Virus record (IMG/VR): IMGVR_UViG_3300032116_000117
Span: 1-64,000 of that record
Reading direction: 5' to 3' (one strand)
DNA from: an uncultured virus (IMG/VR IMGVR_UViG_3300032116_000117)
Lineage: Duplodnaviria; Heunggongvirae; Uroviricota; Caudoviricetes
DNA length: 64,000 nt
The notes under the pieces are model-generated. The model did no database searches. It had not been told where the DNA came from and saw only the letters and a program-made list of their open reading frames with translations. The position numbers were made by a program, and so were the translations under genes. Numbering within the stretch: the first letter of the stretch is position 1; each line of letters starts with the position of its first letter. Positions 29,794 to 39,032 of this stretch are shown here, one piece after another.

Positions 29794-30123
29794 TCACCTT
29801 GTTGTTGGTCTGCACACACCATCTGGACACGACTGTTTTATTGTTGCTGGTGGATGGACTATAATTTTTGGTGGCTCTGTTTTAGTTTCTGGTTCGCAAT
29901 ATCCGCAGTCCACTTTTTTGATACCATCGCCACTCCAATACCATCCGGCACCCTTACATACTGGACAATCTTTTCTTTTGTATTTTTTACCAGTATTATC
30001 AACATTACGAGCTTTTATTATACTTCCAGCAACCGTGACAGCAGCAGTTGTTGATACATCTAATGATGCATAATTGCCAATAAACATAGAGGCTACGATA
30101 ATAGTTGCTAAAATACTTTTCAT
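29794..30123 (-). CDS. Secreted protein with CxxCxGxG zinc finger and CPDGVC tail
   Basis: Signal-like MKSILATIIVASMF; CPVCKGAG..CGYC. Confidence 0.7.
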   Translation of the reverse strand: MKSILATIIVASMFIGNYASLDVSTTAAVTVAGSIIKARNVDNTGKKYKRKDCPVCKGAGWYWSGDGIKKVDCGYCEPETKTEPPKIIVHPPATIKQSCPDGVCRPTTR

Positions 30124-30278
30124 TTTTTCTTTCTCCATCTTGGAAAGATTTTTTTGTCTGGCTTAGGAATTTCTATTTCATCTAAAACTTTTGGATTAAA
30201 AATTTTGATTAAACTCAAAATAAAATTTGATACTATACTTATTAATCTATTTAATACTATTTTATCTAATAGTTTCAT
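30120..30278 (-). CDS. 52-aa amphipathic protein, not in the ORF track
   Basis: MKLLDKIVLNRLISIVSNFILSLIKIF...RWRKKK*; ATGA overlaps at both ends. Confidence 0.7.
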   Translation of the reverse strand: MKLLDKIVLNRLISIVSNFILSLIKIFNPKVLDEIEIPKPDKKIFPRWRKKK

Positions 30279-31051
30279 AAACCATACCTATTATTCATTT
30301 CAGTTAAACTAGAAGAAATTTGTGATGCTGTCAAGGCTGCGTTTCTATAAACTTTTAATAAACTTATGTAACCAGTATAAAATTCCGATACATTATGTGC
30401 TGAGTAACCTAGTAATAAGCCCTGAGAAGGATTAACAGAAGCAGGAGCGGAACCATCAACAACCAGCGTATCTCCAACATACAGTTTCACGTTTGTGCCA
30501 GATTTCACAATTGCTATCTGGGTCCATTCGTTCAAAGGCAAATTGACAGTAGAGTTCCAATCGTAAGCTGTTCCTGCTATGTATAGGGAATCAGGTGATG
30601 ATATATCATTCCACCTTAACATGACTCCATTTTCATAAGTGCCAATATTAAGAATTGTATGGAAAGATAGTAAATTTCCAGCTATTCTAGTCCATACTAA
30701 AATACTAAATGAATCTGTGCCAAAGTTTAAATAACCATTATAATTATTATCATAAACACTTTCGGCACCATTAAACAGCATAGCACTACCATAAGTTGTA
30801 GTATACATGCCTCCATAGCTTAGTGTCAAATCATTACTAGGAGCGGCCAAATCATACCATGTTGTTCCGGTTCCAGGATAACTAGTTGAATTATCAGCAT
30901 CTACGCTTAAAACTAGCGAGCCACCGGGTTGAGCAGAATAAACATAAAATGCGTTTTCATTGTATGAATAATCGCTATAATCTATATGAAAGGTCTGAGC
31001 TTTTCTAATATAAAAAGAAGAATTATTTTTTCTAACAAAATAATCTGTCAT
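30275..31051 (-). CDS. LamG/concanavalin-A-like domain protein
   Basis: LVLSVDA..SYPGTGTTWYDL, FSILVW, WTQIAIV, VYRNAALTASQI. Confidence 0.85.
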   Translation of the reverse strand: MTDYFVRKNNSSFYIRKAQTFHIDYSDYSYNENAFYVYSAQPGGSLVLSVDADNSTSYPGTGTTWYDLAAPSNDLTLSYGGMYTTTYGSAMLFNGAESVYDNNYNGYLNFGTDSFSILVWTRIAGNLLSFHTILNIGTYENGVMLRWNDISSPDSLYIAGTAYDWNSTVNLPLNEWTQIAIVKSGTNVKLYVGDTLVVDGSAPASVNPSQGLLLGYSAHNVSEFYTGYISLLKVYRNAALTASQISSSLTEMNNRYGL

Positions 31052-31977
31052 AAATAATCCTCAAAACCATAAGAAGGAAGTTTTTGTACTGGAAATCCAT
31101 CAAAATTACTAAACGCATAACTACCATTTTGAGCTAGCATTCCAGCAGCAACATCTGAGCGTATTAAAAATGAGCCATCTGGAATTGGACCCCATTCTGG
31201 ATGACCGCCATCATTCCATTTGCCCCAACTATTTTGTACTAAGAATAATGGTTCACTACCAGTATCATCACACGCTATCCAAGCCATGCAATGAGCCCAA
31301 CTACCACTAACATTAGATATTCCCTTTTTATCTCTCTTATTGCTAAATCCATAACTAGAACATACTGCTAAACCATAACCGTTTGCTAGCGCATCTCTTG
31401 CTTCGTCTATTGTTTTTACTAAACTGACTGTTTTAATTTGATGATCGTTTGCAGCATCTATTACAACATCTGGTAGACCTCTCGCTCCCCATCCTGCTCC
31501 AAGGTTACCATTATATTTACTAAAATCAGCTACTCCCTTATAGTTCTTACGCAAAAGGATTCCTCCATTTTTACTAACAAATTCTGCTGCTCTTGAGCAA
31601 CTCATTCCTTGGCCTCCATGACCCCTAGCGCCATAAATAGCTTCTGTTGCACCTCTAGCAATCCATGCTTCTCTTTCTCCATGCACATCTATTTCTACTG
31701 CTCTACTAACATCACAAGCACTTCGTGTTCCATGACTAACACAATCTCCAGTGGTTTGTCTTTCTTCATAAGCTTTTTTATCAAATTTTAATACACTCTT
31801 ATATGGCGTTGATAATTTCCCCTTACCACTCCCTACTATTTTTTTGTTTGCTCCATCTCCAAATAGTGGATATTTGCTTACCTCCATCAGATGGTCAAAA
31901 ACATGCTGTTCCCATAAGCAACCACTAAAACCTTTTCTATAATTGTTATATAACTCTTCAGGAGTGTATCTTGCCAT
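31048..31977 (-). CDS. Papain-like (C1) cysteine peptidase
   Basis: Q..GDCVSHG, WAHCM, VQNSWG (Gln, Cys, His, Asn). Confidence 0.85.
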   Translation of the reverse strand: MARYTPEELYNNYRKGFSGCLWEQHVFDHLMEVSKYPLFGDGANKKIVGSGKGKLSTPYKSVLKFDKKAYEERQTTGDCVSHGTRSACDVSRAVEIDVHGEREAWIARGATEAIYGARGHGGQGMSCSRAAEFVSKNGGILLRKNYKGVADFSKYNGNLGAGWGARGLPDVVIDAANDHQIKTVSLVKTIDEARDALANGYGLAVCSSYGFSNKRDKKGISNVSGSWAHCMAWIACDDTGSEPLFLVQNSWGKWNDGGHPEWGPIPDGSFLIRSDVAAGMLAQNGSYAFSNFDGFPVQKLPSYGFEDYL

Positions 31978-32477
31978 TATTTGCTTCCTTCGTTGCAAGC
32001 CCATGATAAAGCACGAAATCCGTCTACAGACTTTGTTCTTAAAGTATCTGTAAGTGGAACAGAATCATCACCAATAATACTAACAATAAGATCATTACAT
32101 GATTTTGCAAGATTAGAGTACTTGCCTTTTATATCCATCTTTAACATTAGTCCGGCCAAAGAATTAGCTTGACGAATTTCTTCTGTATTTTTTATAACAG
32201 CATCTTCACCATTCAGAGATATCAATGTTGCTAAATCATTGTATAATTCAGCTAATTTAACTCCATCTACTTTTCTTCCTGACCCGCCAGATCTTAAAGC
32301 ATCCACAACTTTTAAAGCCATAATTTCTAAATCTTTATCTGATGGTTTTTCAATAACAACAACAGATGGTCTTGTTACTGTACCGCCAGTATTGATCCAG
32401 TTTGATAAATCTGGTTTAAAAAGTCCTATGGCTATTAATGCAACACCAACTCCTAGTAAAAGCTTGTTATTCATCAC
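31977..32477 (-). CDS. N-terminally anchored membrane protein
   Basis: LLLGVGVALIAIGLF. Confidence 0.7.
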   Translation of the reverse strand: MMNNKLLLGVGVALIAIGLFKPDLSNWINTGGTVTRPSVVVIEKPSDKDLEIMALKVVDALRSGGSGRKVDGVKLAELYNDLATLISLNGEDAVIKNTEEIRQANSLAGLMLKMDIKGKYSNLAKSCNDLIVSIIGDDSVPLTDTLRTKSVDGFRALSWACNEGSK

Positions 32478-32851
32478 ACATTCTCCTTGTTTGATCCGCA
32501 GATATTAGGACTCAGATATGGAAACATTTGATCGGCAACCTTTACTGCTTCTATGCAATTGCTTTTAGCCGCCAAATCTCTTGTTTGTTTCCATGATACA
32601 ATAAGATCGAAGAACACGGCCTCTTTATCTGTTGTGTCAGAAGAAGATGGAACAACGGGGGTTACATTTAACTTATTGGTGGCGGGTATTTTACTCTTGA
32701 CATTAGTTACAATGTCGGAAATAATTTTTTGGACGGGGCTAAGTTTGTCCTTAAATAAGGCCCATAAAACTAATCCTGCTCCAGCATATAAAGCCAGATC
32801 TAAAGTAGAGACTGACTTGCTAAATTCTTCAAAAGTTTGTGTGTAGTTCAT
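32474..32851 (-). CDS. Single-TM protein
   Basis: LALYAGAGLVLWALF; GAGG RBS. Confidence 0.7.
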   Translation of the reverse strand: MNYTQTFEEFSKSVSTLDLALYAGAGLVLWALFKDKLSPVQKIISDIVTNVKSKIPATNKLNVTPVVPSSSDTTDKEAVFFDLIVSWKQTRDLAAKSNCIEAVKVADQMFPYLSPNICGSNKENV

Positions 32852-33245
32852 TTTTTTCCTCTTTGTTAAAACCTTTTTTGATAAAAACTCCGGTATTTCT
32901 GAAAATAGTTACTGTAGCATCTATGGACGCGGCAACCATAATCATTAATATGCCTTTAACATACCTATGTATAATAGGTTCTATGAGCTGAGGAACAAAA
33001 GGAATATCAATGACTATAAAAACTCTATCATAAAAACTATTTAAGCAACTAAGCGCCAATGTTTTTTTATCTGATCCCGCTAAATCATTAGCAGTATGTT
33101 CTATTACTTGGACTATGCTCGCTGTAGCCAACTGCAACAGTTTCCACGCTTCACCAATGGCTATTTTTTTTACATGTCCTATGGATTCTTGAGTTTGTGA
33201 AATTAAAATTTCAGATTCTTTTTGAACTATTTCTTTTGGTGTCAT
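32829..33245 (-). CDS. Hypothetical protein
   Basis: ORF in operon. Confidence 0.7.
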   Translation of the reverse strand: MTPKEIVQKESEILISQTQESIGHVKKIAIGEAWKLLQLATASIVQVIEHTANDLAGSDKKTLALSCLNSFYDRVFIVIDIPFVPQLIEPIIHRYVKGILMIMVAASIDATVTIFRNTGVFIKKGFNKEEKNELHTNF

Positions 33246-33552
33246 TTTTTTTACTTCTTTTTTTCCTAGTTTTGATTATCGCTGGCTTTGGAGTTGGCTC
33301 TACTGATGGCTTTGTTTCTGGTTGATTTGTCCGCCAAATTTTTTTGATTTCTGTTCTGCCTTTTATGTATCTAAAAAGTACGGTTAATTGTCCAACTATT
33401 AGTATTAAAGCTTCTAGACCTCTACTTGTTTCACTTATCAGATCTTCTTTTTGACTATTACTATCCAATAATCCTAGTAAATACAATCCACTAAATAAAA
33501 AGCTCACTAAAGTGAACCAAAATTCACTGGTTTTGTACCCTGGTTTGATCAT
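33211..33552 (-). CDS. Holin-like two-TM protein
   Basis: KPGYKTSEFW start, two TM segments, basic C-terminus. Confidence 0.5.
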   Translation of the reverse strand: MIKPGYKTSEFWFTLVSFLFSGLYLLGLLDSNSQKEDLISETSRGLEALILIVGQLTVLFRYIKGRTEIKKIWRTNQPETKPSVEPTPKPAIIKTRKKRSKKNDTKRNSSKRI

Positions 33553-33557
33553 TGTTA

Positions 33558-33761
33558 TCAAGTGCCTTGAGTGCCGTCGCCATGGTAGTAACTTGGATCA
33601 TCAAATCTAACATCAAATTTTGCTTGAATATCTGTTATTACCGGAGTATTATTCACATAAGCATCATATTTAGAATATTGTCCTGTCCATGAGGTAGTAG
33701 TTATCATGGTTCCATTTTTAATATTATTAGCTGAAATTGCTTTTTGAATATCATTTGCCAT
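33558..33761 (-). CDS. Small hypothetical protein
   Basis: GGAG RBS with an upstream GGTGTAAATA motif. Confidence 0.7.
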   Translation of the reverse strand: MANDIQKAISANNIKNGTMITTTSWTGQYSKYDAYVNNTPVITDIQAKFDVRFDDPSYYHGDGTQGT

Positions 33762-33793
33762 ATTTATTTCTCCATAAATTTATTTACACCAAA

Positions 33794-34114
33794 CTATCTG
33801 TGCTCTATTCTATCTTCTAGTGCTTCTAATGTTTTGCCTAAAGTGGCAATTTGTATTTTTAATTCATTCATAACTTCTGTATTTTTTTGCAACATTTGGG
33901 TCAAAGCATTTTGTGTTTCTTTATTAATAGCCAATCTTTCCATTATAAACTGACGATCATGTAAATATGGAGATTTAGTTTCTATCATATCTGCAACTTC
34001 TGATCTGGTTGCCATATTCTTCCCAATAGTAAACCAAAAACCTATCATTGTTACAATGATCCCTATGCTGGTCGTTGCTATATTTTCCCAGAAATGAATT
34101 ATAGTTTCATTCAT
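33794..34114 (-). CDS. TM plus coiled-coil protein
   Basis: One TM helix followed by a heptad-rich C-terminus. Confidence 0.7.
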   Translation of the reverse strand: MNETIIHFWENIATTSIGIIVTMIGFWFTIGKNMATRSEVADMIETKSPYLHDRQFIMERLAINKETQNALTQMLQKNTEVMNELKIQIATLGKTLEALEDRIEHR

Positions 34115-34131
34115 AGTTTTAACCTTTCAAG

Positions 34132-34167
34132 AAAAAAAGCCACCAATACTTTGCAGTACGATGGCTT
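34132..34167 (-). terminator. Rho-independent terminator
   Basis: Minus strand AAGCCATCGTACT-GCAA-AGTATTGGTGGC followed by T7. Confidence 0.85.
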
Positions 34168-34194
34168 GATTCCTTTGTAAAGCCTTAAGAATAA

Positions 34195-34761
34195 TTACCA
34201 GTTGGTTTTTGCTTTGTATTCTGAGTTAGCATCACTACCATAAACAGGATTTTTTGCACCAGCCATATAGACAATCTGACCAGGAGCGGACTGAGTTGGT
34301 GTTGCTGCAACGTCTGTTGCTAGAGCGTCGGTAGCAACTGTTGGATTCTGGGTGGCACCGCTTTGGTTGTTGGCAAATTGACCAGTGTAGATATTCCATA
34401 GACCAGCTCTAATTGCAGTAGTAAATCTGCGTGTACGAAGTGTTTCAAGTTTATGAATACTTCTAACTAATGATGGCTGAGACGCGCCACTTTGTAATAC
34501 GCTATTGCTAACACCAGATAGTGTAGTGGTTAGTCTTTTTGCAATTGGTTTGGGATTGTCATATTTAAAAGTACCAGCGGATACGGCCTCGTCTGCCCAA
34601 CTATTATCAATAACGGTTGAGCCAAAACCAGTATCCTGTGTTTTGCCTAATGTTACTTGATCTACTAGAGTGGTGGTAGAACCAACATTTATTGCTGCAC
34701 CACCAGTATTTTTTGTGGATGTGGCTGTCGTACTACTGCCATTTTGTTGAATTGAGGCCAT
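34195..34761 (-). CDS. Thr/Ser/Ala/Gly-rich protein, probably virion structural
   Basis: GGAG RBS, own promoter-like motif and terminator; composition. Confidence 0.6.
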   Translation of the reverse strand: MASIQQNGSSTTATSTKNTGGAAINVGSTTTLVDQVTLGKTQDTGFGSTVIDNSWADEAVSAGTFKYDNPKPIAKRLTTTLSGVSNSVLQSGASQPSLVRSIHKLETLRTRRFTTAIRAGLWNIYTGQFANNQSGATQNPTVATDALATDVAATPTQSAPGQIVYMAGAKNPVYGSDANSEYKAKTNW

Positions 34762-34856
34762 TTTAATCTCCATGAAAGATGGTATTGTAGTTCCATATCT
34801 ATAATACCCCTAAAATTTGATTTTGATGGTATTTTAGTGTAAATTAATTTGACCTA

Positions 34857-35528
34857 TTATTTATTTATATGCAAACGACCAACTACTCTACTTAAACTAT
34901 TGATAGTAAAGCATTTTAAACCATATATATCAGAATTTTTACAAACATTAATTGCTTGCTTATCATTCCATATATTACCATTAGCAATAATTTTTAGTTC
35001 TGGAACTTTTTTATTTACTAAAACTGTTGCTATGATATTATCTGATATATCGTCTAAAAATTGACCAGTTGAGGGGTAGATAGTTTGTATTTTAAATCCA
35101 GATAAGATTTGAGCAACTTTATACATTAAATCTAGAGTAAAAACCCTGTACTCAAGAACATATCTTATTTCCACACTTTGTGATTCACAAAAATCTCTTA
35201 TGGTAGAAATATCCTCTCTAAATTTGTCATATTTTCTATTGCATAAATAATAATTTGGAGCGACCATCTCTATGATCTTTGCCCCATTTTTAATTGCAAA
35301 CTCTACATTAGATAATCTGGTTTTTAGATCAGATTGCCCATACGGATAGTCTATTATAGAAGATAATTTTGTATGAGAATTTTCTGGAATCAAAGTTTTA
35401 GCTAATTTTAAATTGTGAGGAAACAAAGATATTGTTTGTGGTGAAAATTTAAGAGCTTGCAAAATAATTTCTTTTATTTCATTATCATTACTTGCTATGT
35501 CATAATGACCAAATTCAATTTGTTTCAT
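34857..35528 (-). CDS. DeoC (deoxyribose-phosphate aldolase)-like protein lacking catalytic lysines
   Basis: IIDYPYG, AIKNGAKIIEMV; TIYPSTG where KTSTG is expected. Confidence 0.75.
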   Translation of the reverse strand: MKQIEFGHYDIASNDNEIKEIILQALKFSPQTISLFPHNLKLAKTLIPENSHTKLSSIIDYPYGQSDLKTRLSNVEFAIKNGAKIIEMVAPNYYLCNRKYDKFREDISTIRDFCESQSVEIRYVLEYRVFTLDLMYKVAQILSGFKIQTIYPSTGQFLDDISDNIIATVLVNKKVPELKIIANGNIWNDKQAINVCKNSDIYGLKCFTINSLSRVVGRLHINK

Positions 35529-35529
35529 T

Positions 35530-36216
35530 TTATTTTTTCTTTACATAGGTTTTTAGATAATCAATATTAGGAAACTGTTTAGTTCCTAATACACCATCTG
35601 CAAACCCATATTGAACAGCTTCCTCTGCTGTTAATATCCAATCACACCTATTATTTAGTTGTGATTCTATGTGCTTTTTAACCATCATCTTTTTCCAATT
35701 TTTATGTTTACACAGAGGGCCTTCCATACACCTGTCTGTAAAAATATCTATCATTTTATGACATTCTTTTTCATTCCATTCAATGGAACTGGCCGCGGCC
35801 TTTGAGTGTTCTCCATCCAGACTCAAAAATCCATAATGAATTAATAGATTTGTATTAGGCATTAGTATTCTGAGATTTGCGGACTGCAATAGTACTCCGC
35901 TGGAAGATTCTGCTTTTGCATATGCCAAGATGATAATCTTTGCTTTAGATAATTTAATTGTATCATACATACCAAGACAATCTTGCCAGTCTCCTCCTGG
36001 TAAATGCATATGTATTAGTATTGGCTCTAAAGATAATGTATTTAAGTATCTAATATTTTTTTCCAAAGTTACAGCACTTCTGTAATCAACACCACCTTCT
36101 TCTTCGTCTCCATGGTATGAGTGAAGATAAATTTCTCTATTACAAACATCAATATTGTACAGATGTATGGAGTTAAGAGAGGTCTCTATTGCTGTTTTTT
36201 CATTTGTATTTGTCAT
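35530..36216 (-). CDS. ClpP-like serine protease
   Basis: LPGGD..GMYDTI, AESSS, LLIHYG, DWILTAEEAVQYGFAD. Confidence 0.85.
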   Translation of the reverse strand: MTNTNEKTAIETSLNSIHLYNIDVCNREIYLHSYHGDEEEGGVDYRSAVTLEKNIRYLNTLSLEPILIHMHLPGGDWQDCLGMYDTIKLSKAKIIILAYAKAESSSGVLLQSANLRILMPNTNLLIHYGFLSLDGEHSKAAASSIEWNEKECHKMIDIFTDRCMEGPLCKHKNWKKMMVKKHIESQLNNRCDWILTAEEAVQYGFADGVLGTKQFPNIDYLKTYVKKK

Positions 36217-36623
36217 ATATTACACAGTTTTTTTTCTATAGATTGCATGACCTGTCTGTCTTGAAACGCCTTTCCTATTCCTATTCTAAATCTGTATCTT
36301 GTAAAGATATCTAATGTTTCAACACCATCTGTTGTTTCTATTAAATATGCAATACTATCTACAATAGTAAAATTTGTATGTCCTGTCCAGAAATTGAATA
36401 TTTTGCTACTAGCAGTATATTCATTATATGGAATGATACCCATTGGGGTTGCTATAACTCTTACTGGATCTGATCTTTTTACCAAGTTTTCTTGATCGTC
36501 ATCAGTTTCTTCTGAAAAATCTCCGTCCTCAAAGAAATTATCATCATCAACATTTATTTCATTTTCATCATAGCCGATAAAAGGATCTCTCCATTTTTCC
36601 CATATTATTTTTTTATCATTCAT
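36213..36623 (-). CDS. Hypothetical protein
   Basis: IIWEKW..FNFWTGHTNF..TRYRFRIGIGK. Confidence 0.7.
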   Translation of the reverse strand: MNDKKIIWEKWRDPFIGYDENEINVDDDNFFEDGDFSEETDDDQENLVKRSDPVRVIATPMGIIPYNEYTASSKIFNFWTGHTNFTIVDSIAYLIETTDGVETLDIFTRYRFRIGIGKAFQDRQVMQSIEKKLCNI

Positions 36624-36627
36624 GATA

Positions 36628-37041
36628 TTACTTATTTTTAAAGACATTAATAGGTCTAATGACTGGCATCTTATTTTTTTTCTCTTCTTGTTTTTTAACT
36701 TGGTATTTTGCTTTCCAGAAAAACAAAACATTAGTCATAAATAAATTATCGTTTTCTGAATTTTTTGATAGAACCTCCATTGATTCCAATATCAAGTCTT
36801 TGATATAATTATTATCACCACAAAAATCATTTAGTAAAGCGGCGAAACTCTCCGCTTGCTCCAAAAAATCTTTTTCTTTCTCCACAAAGCTATAGGGATG
36901 AATTTTTATTAAAGGAATTATATTTTCTGTTTTCAGATCAAATATAAAGTGTAATTCAATTATATCTTTATTATTATGTGAAAGAATAATATTATTTGTT
37001 TTATTTTTTGGAAATATTATATTCTTGATATGTGATATCAT
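36628..37041 (-). CDS. Hypothetical protein
   Basis: ORF in operon. Confidence 0.6.
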   Translation of the reverse strand: MISHIKNIIFPKNKTNNIILSHNNKDIIELHFIFDLKTENIIPLIKIHPYSFVEKEKDFLEQAESFAALLNDFCGDNNYIKDLILESMEVLSKNSENDNLFMTNVLFFWKAKYQVKKQEEKKNKMPVIRPINVFKNK

Positions 37042-37042
37042 C

Positions 37043-37405
37043 TTATAACTTTTTTAGTATAGAACTAGTTTTTAACAAAGTATCCGAATTGATCCAAAAG
37101 GACTTGTATATTTTTGTATCAAATGGCACCATACAGCCATAAAATATTTTTGTCATTATATTCTGTCCATCCGATACAATCTCATAATCAATTAATTTAA
37201 TATTCAACCATCTATGATCTAAATAAACATGTTTCGACAATAGTTCTTCAATAAAAAATTCTTTATTTCGATCCATTAACTTATTAGGATCTATTTTGGA
37301 TACATCTAAATAAGGTAGTATCAATTCATTTTCAGCAGTGGATAGCAAATAAAAAGCATTATTTTTTACAGAATAAACTAATAGCTCTATTGATACGTTT
37401 AACAT
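37043..37405 (-). CDS. Hypothetical protein with weak Nudix-fold resemblance
   Basis: VSIELLVYSV..YLLS..LILP; no Nudix box. Confidence 0.5.
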   Translation of the reverse strand: MLNVSIELLVYSVKNNAFYLLSTAENELILPYLDVSKIDPNKLMDRNKEFFIEELLSKHVYLDHRWLNIKLIDYEIVSDGQNIMTKIFYGCMVPFDTKIYKSFWINSDTLLKTSSILKKL

Positions 37406-37959
37406 AATGTTTTTAATATTTTAAGACCCTTATTGATATTTTGTCTTACAGCTTCTCTTGTAACGCCGTATTTCTTTCCTATATCAGACAAGGTTTTATC
37501 ATCATAATAATATAGTCTAATCTGTTCTCTTTGTTTAACAGAAAGTGGGGCTATATCGAGAAGAATTTTAACATCTCTGATCAGATTGTTTTCAGCTTCT
37601 TGTTTTTCTACAACTTTTGATGGATTATCATAGTCAATATATTCTGAATTTTCTATTATATGATCCATTTGTTTTTTTTGTTTTTTGTTCTTTTTATACT
37701 TTTGCGTTACATAAGTTTTAATTGCCCATATAGCGCATTGATTTCTGTAAGAATATAAACTTTTACCTTTTCCAGATTTTGTTCCTTTTCTATCCTTATC
37801 CCAATTCCAATCCGCCATCATGATCGCTTCTGCTATCTCATAAACTGTTTCGTCGTTAGATAGCATTTCTTTCACTAAAGATGGATACATTTTAGATCCA
37901 AATTTAGATATCGTTTTTTTAGCTATAGTCGTATAATTAGACAGAGTATCAAATTCCAT
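37399..37959 (-). CDS. Phage sigma70-family sigma factor
   Basis: Region 4 HTH: LSVKQREQIRLYY..TLSDIGKKYGVTREAVRQ; AGGAGG RBS. Confidence 0.8.
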   Translation of the reverse strand: MEFDTLSNYTTIAKKTISKFGSKMYPSLVKEMLSNDETVYEIAEAIMMADWNWDKDRKGTKSGKGKSLYSYRNQCAIWAIKTYVTQKYKKNKKQKKQMDHIIENSEYIDYDNPSKVVEKQEAENNLIRDVKILLDIAPLSVKQREQIRLYYYDDKTLSDIGKKYGVTREAVRQNINKGLKILKTLC

Positions 37960-37996
37960 AGTTCCTCCTTATAAGTCCTTCGGTCAATTAATATAA

Positions 37997-38482
37997 TTAC
38001 TTGGTTAGTTTTTTCCACTGATCACTATCTGGTCTGTCCTTATCTCCAGGCTTTGCTGGCTTATAATTCTTTCCCATTTTTTCTTTTTTCTTACGAATAT
38101 TTTCCCATAATCCCGGAAGATTCTTTGCTGCTTCCGCACCCTCTGTATCGGTTTCTGTTTCGCCATACATTAGAAAATTATGGATCGTAAGCATATAATC
38201 TTCTGTTACAGCGATTTTACCCTGTAACCAACTTTCGGTCAAGCCTTCTTTTACAGAGCCGCTCTCTACAGCGTCCACTATGGCTTGTGCGTGTTGAGCA
38301 ATAGATTTGATTGACCCTAGGCTCATTGTATAAAAATCATATTTATATTCCATAAGTTCCATTTCTGGACTTTCAACTTCTATTTCTTCTACTTTTGTAA
38401 AGTCATTTTCTGCTTTTGTTTTTTGTGCAGTCTCTGAGACTGTCTTTGTAATTGATTTTAGTATTTCATGAATTCTATCCAT
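37997..38482 (-). CDS. Hypothetical phage protein
   Basis: WLQGKI..DY; GLWENIRKKK..KPGDKDRP. Confidence 0.7.
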   Translation of the reverse strand: MDRIHEILKSITKTVSETAQKTKAENDFTKVEEIEVESPEMELMEYKYDFYTMSLGSIKSIAQHAQAIVDAVESGSVKEGLTESWLQGKIAVTEDYMLTIHNFLMYGETETDTEGAEAAKNLPGLWENIRKKKEKMGKNYKPAKPGDKDRPDSDQWKKLTK

Positions 38483-38506
38483 TATATTATCTCCGTATTA
38501 ATAAAA

Positions 38507-39016
38507 TTACCACGCTTTACAAGACCAATATCTTGCTTTCCATTTTGGGCCTGGATTGTCGCAATTGTGTCTGGCTCTAAAACTTCTGCGTCTTTCTGGA
38601 ATATTTTTTTTGATTGTCATATTAGGATCACCAAAATTGACCTTGACAACATTTCCGCTTTCATTTTTGACATAAACACTAAATTTTTTGGGACCATCTG
38701 GTGTTCTGAAAGGCTTGTTCAAGGTCACTTTGCGTCCATTTTTTTCAGCCGCTATTACCTTTCCATCTTCATCATAAATTTCTGATGCTTCAATTTCCCA
38801 TACAAATTCATCCCATTCATCATCCCACGAACAATTATTAGCAAAAAGTTCATCGTGAACTTCTTCTAATAAATTTCCTTTGGTTCTGGTACCACCCAAA
38901 CAAATAGCAACTCTTTGCTTGCTATCTGGATAGTCTTTTTTCATTATTTCGCTACTCATGCAGCGACTAACATATTTCTGCTTGTCTTCGTTTGGTTTTT
39001 TTTCTGGAATGGGCAT
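38507..39016 (-). CDS. Hypothetical phage protein (DUF6321-like C-terminus)
   Basis: KFSVYVK..KVNFGDPNM..RRSFRARHNC..ARYWSC. Confidence 0.7.
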   Translation of the reverse strand: MPIPEKKPNEDKQKYVSRCMSSEIMKKDYPDSKQRVAICLGGTRTKGNLLEEVHDELFANNCSWDDEWDEFVWEIEASEIYDEDGKVIAAEKNGRKVTLNKPFRTPDGPKKFSVYVKNESGNVVKVNFGDPNMTIKKNIPERRRSFRARHNCDNPGPKWKARYWSCKAW

Positions 39017-39032
39017 ATATTATCTCCTATAT

